Shown piece after piece: positions 63,853-64,000 of a stretch of 64,000 nt of DNA (position 1 is the first letter of the stretch; each line of letters starts with the position of its first letter). The notes beneath the pieces are model-generated. The model was given only the letters and a program-made list of their open reading frames with translations. It was not told the origin of the DNA and did not search any database. This DNA comes from Octopus sinensis (Eukaryota). The stretch covers positions 124,001 through 188,000 of the forward strand of contig NC_043008.1 of NCBI RefSeq assembly GCF_006345805.1, read 5' to 3'. Both the position numbers and the translations under genes were made by a program.

Positions 63853-64000
63853 GTAAGTGAAAATAGTTTCACCCTTTCAATTTGAACCACAATTACAAAG
63901 TGTCATGTACATGTTCATATTTGTGCACACATACACACACCACATATACGTACGTACACATTAGATTCATCTCTGTAGTTAAATTCGGAAAGTTTCGGTC

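Overview
This is AT-rich, microsatellite-saturated eukaryotic DNA. The tRNA-derived SINE families and the density of (TA)n, (TACA)n, (TCTA)n and (TAA)n tracts suggest an octopus or other cephalopod genome, probably a very long intron or intergenic region (inference). Almost all ORFs in the supplied track are artefacts of simple repeats. Recognisable coding-like DNA is transposon debris: a young 5'-truncated CR1/L2-like LINE RT ORF (61197-62234), RTE, Tx1/L1 and R4/Dong-like LINE 3' ends, a Penelope GIY-YIG remnant, several mariner and maT transposase pseudogenes, hAT and Helitron derivatives, and many SINEs. A host gene may be present only as small phase-compatible candidate exons on the + strand (low to moderate confidence). 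The most striking signal, found by manual folding, is about 14 minimal type I hammerhead-ribozyme motifs from about 7 repeat families. Each shows stem I, a CUGANGA-like core, stem II, GAAA, a palindromic stem III, an NUH site and the return strand of stem I. They include apparently intact copies (4691-4744, 35209-35251, 36014-36055), a C3G/G8C compensatory variant, an A6U family, one capping a 128-nt rod, one in the putative 3' UTR of a Tx1/L1 LINE and one in the tail of a tRNA-headed SINE. Folding was done by eye, and no activity has been shown.
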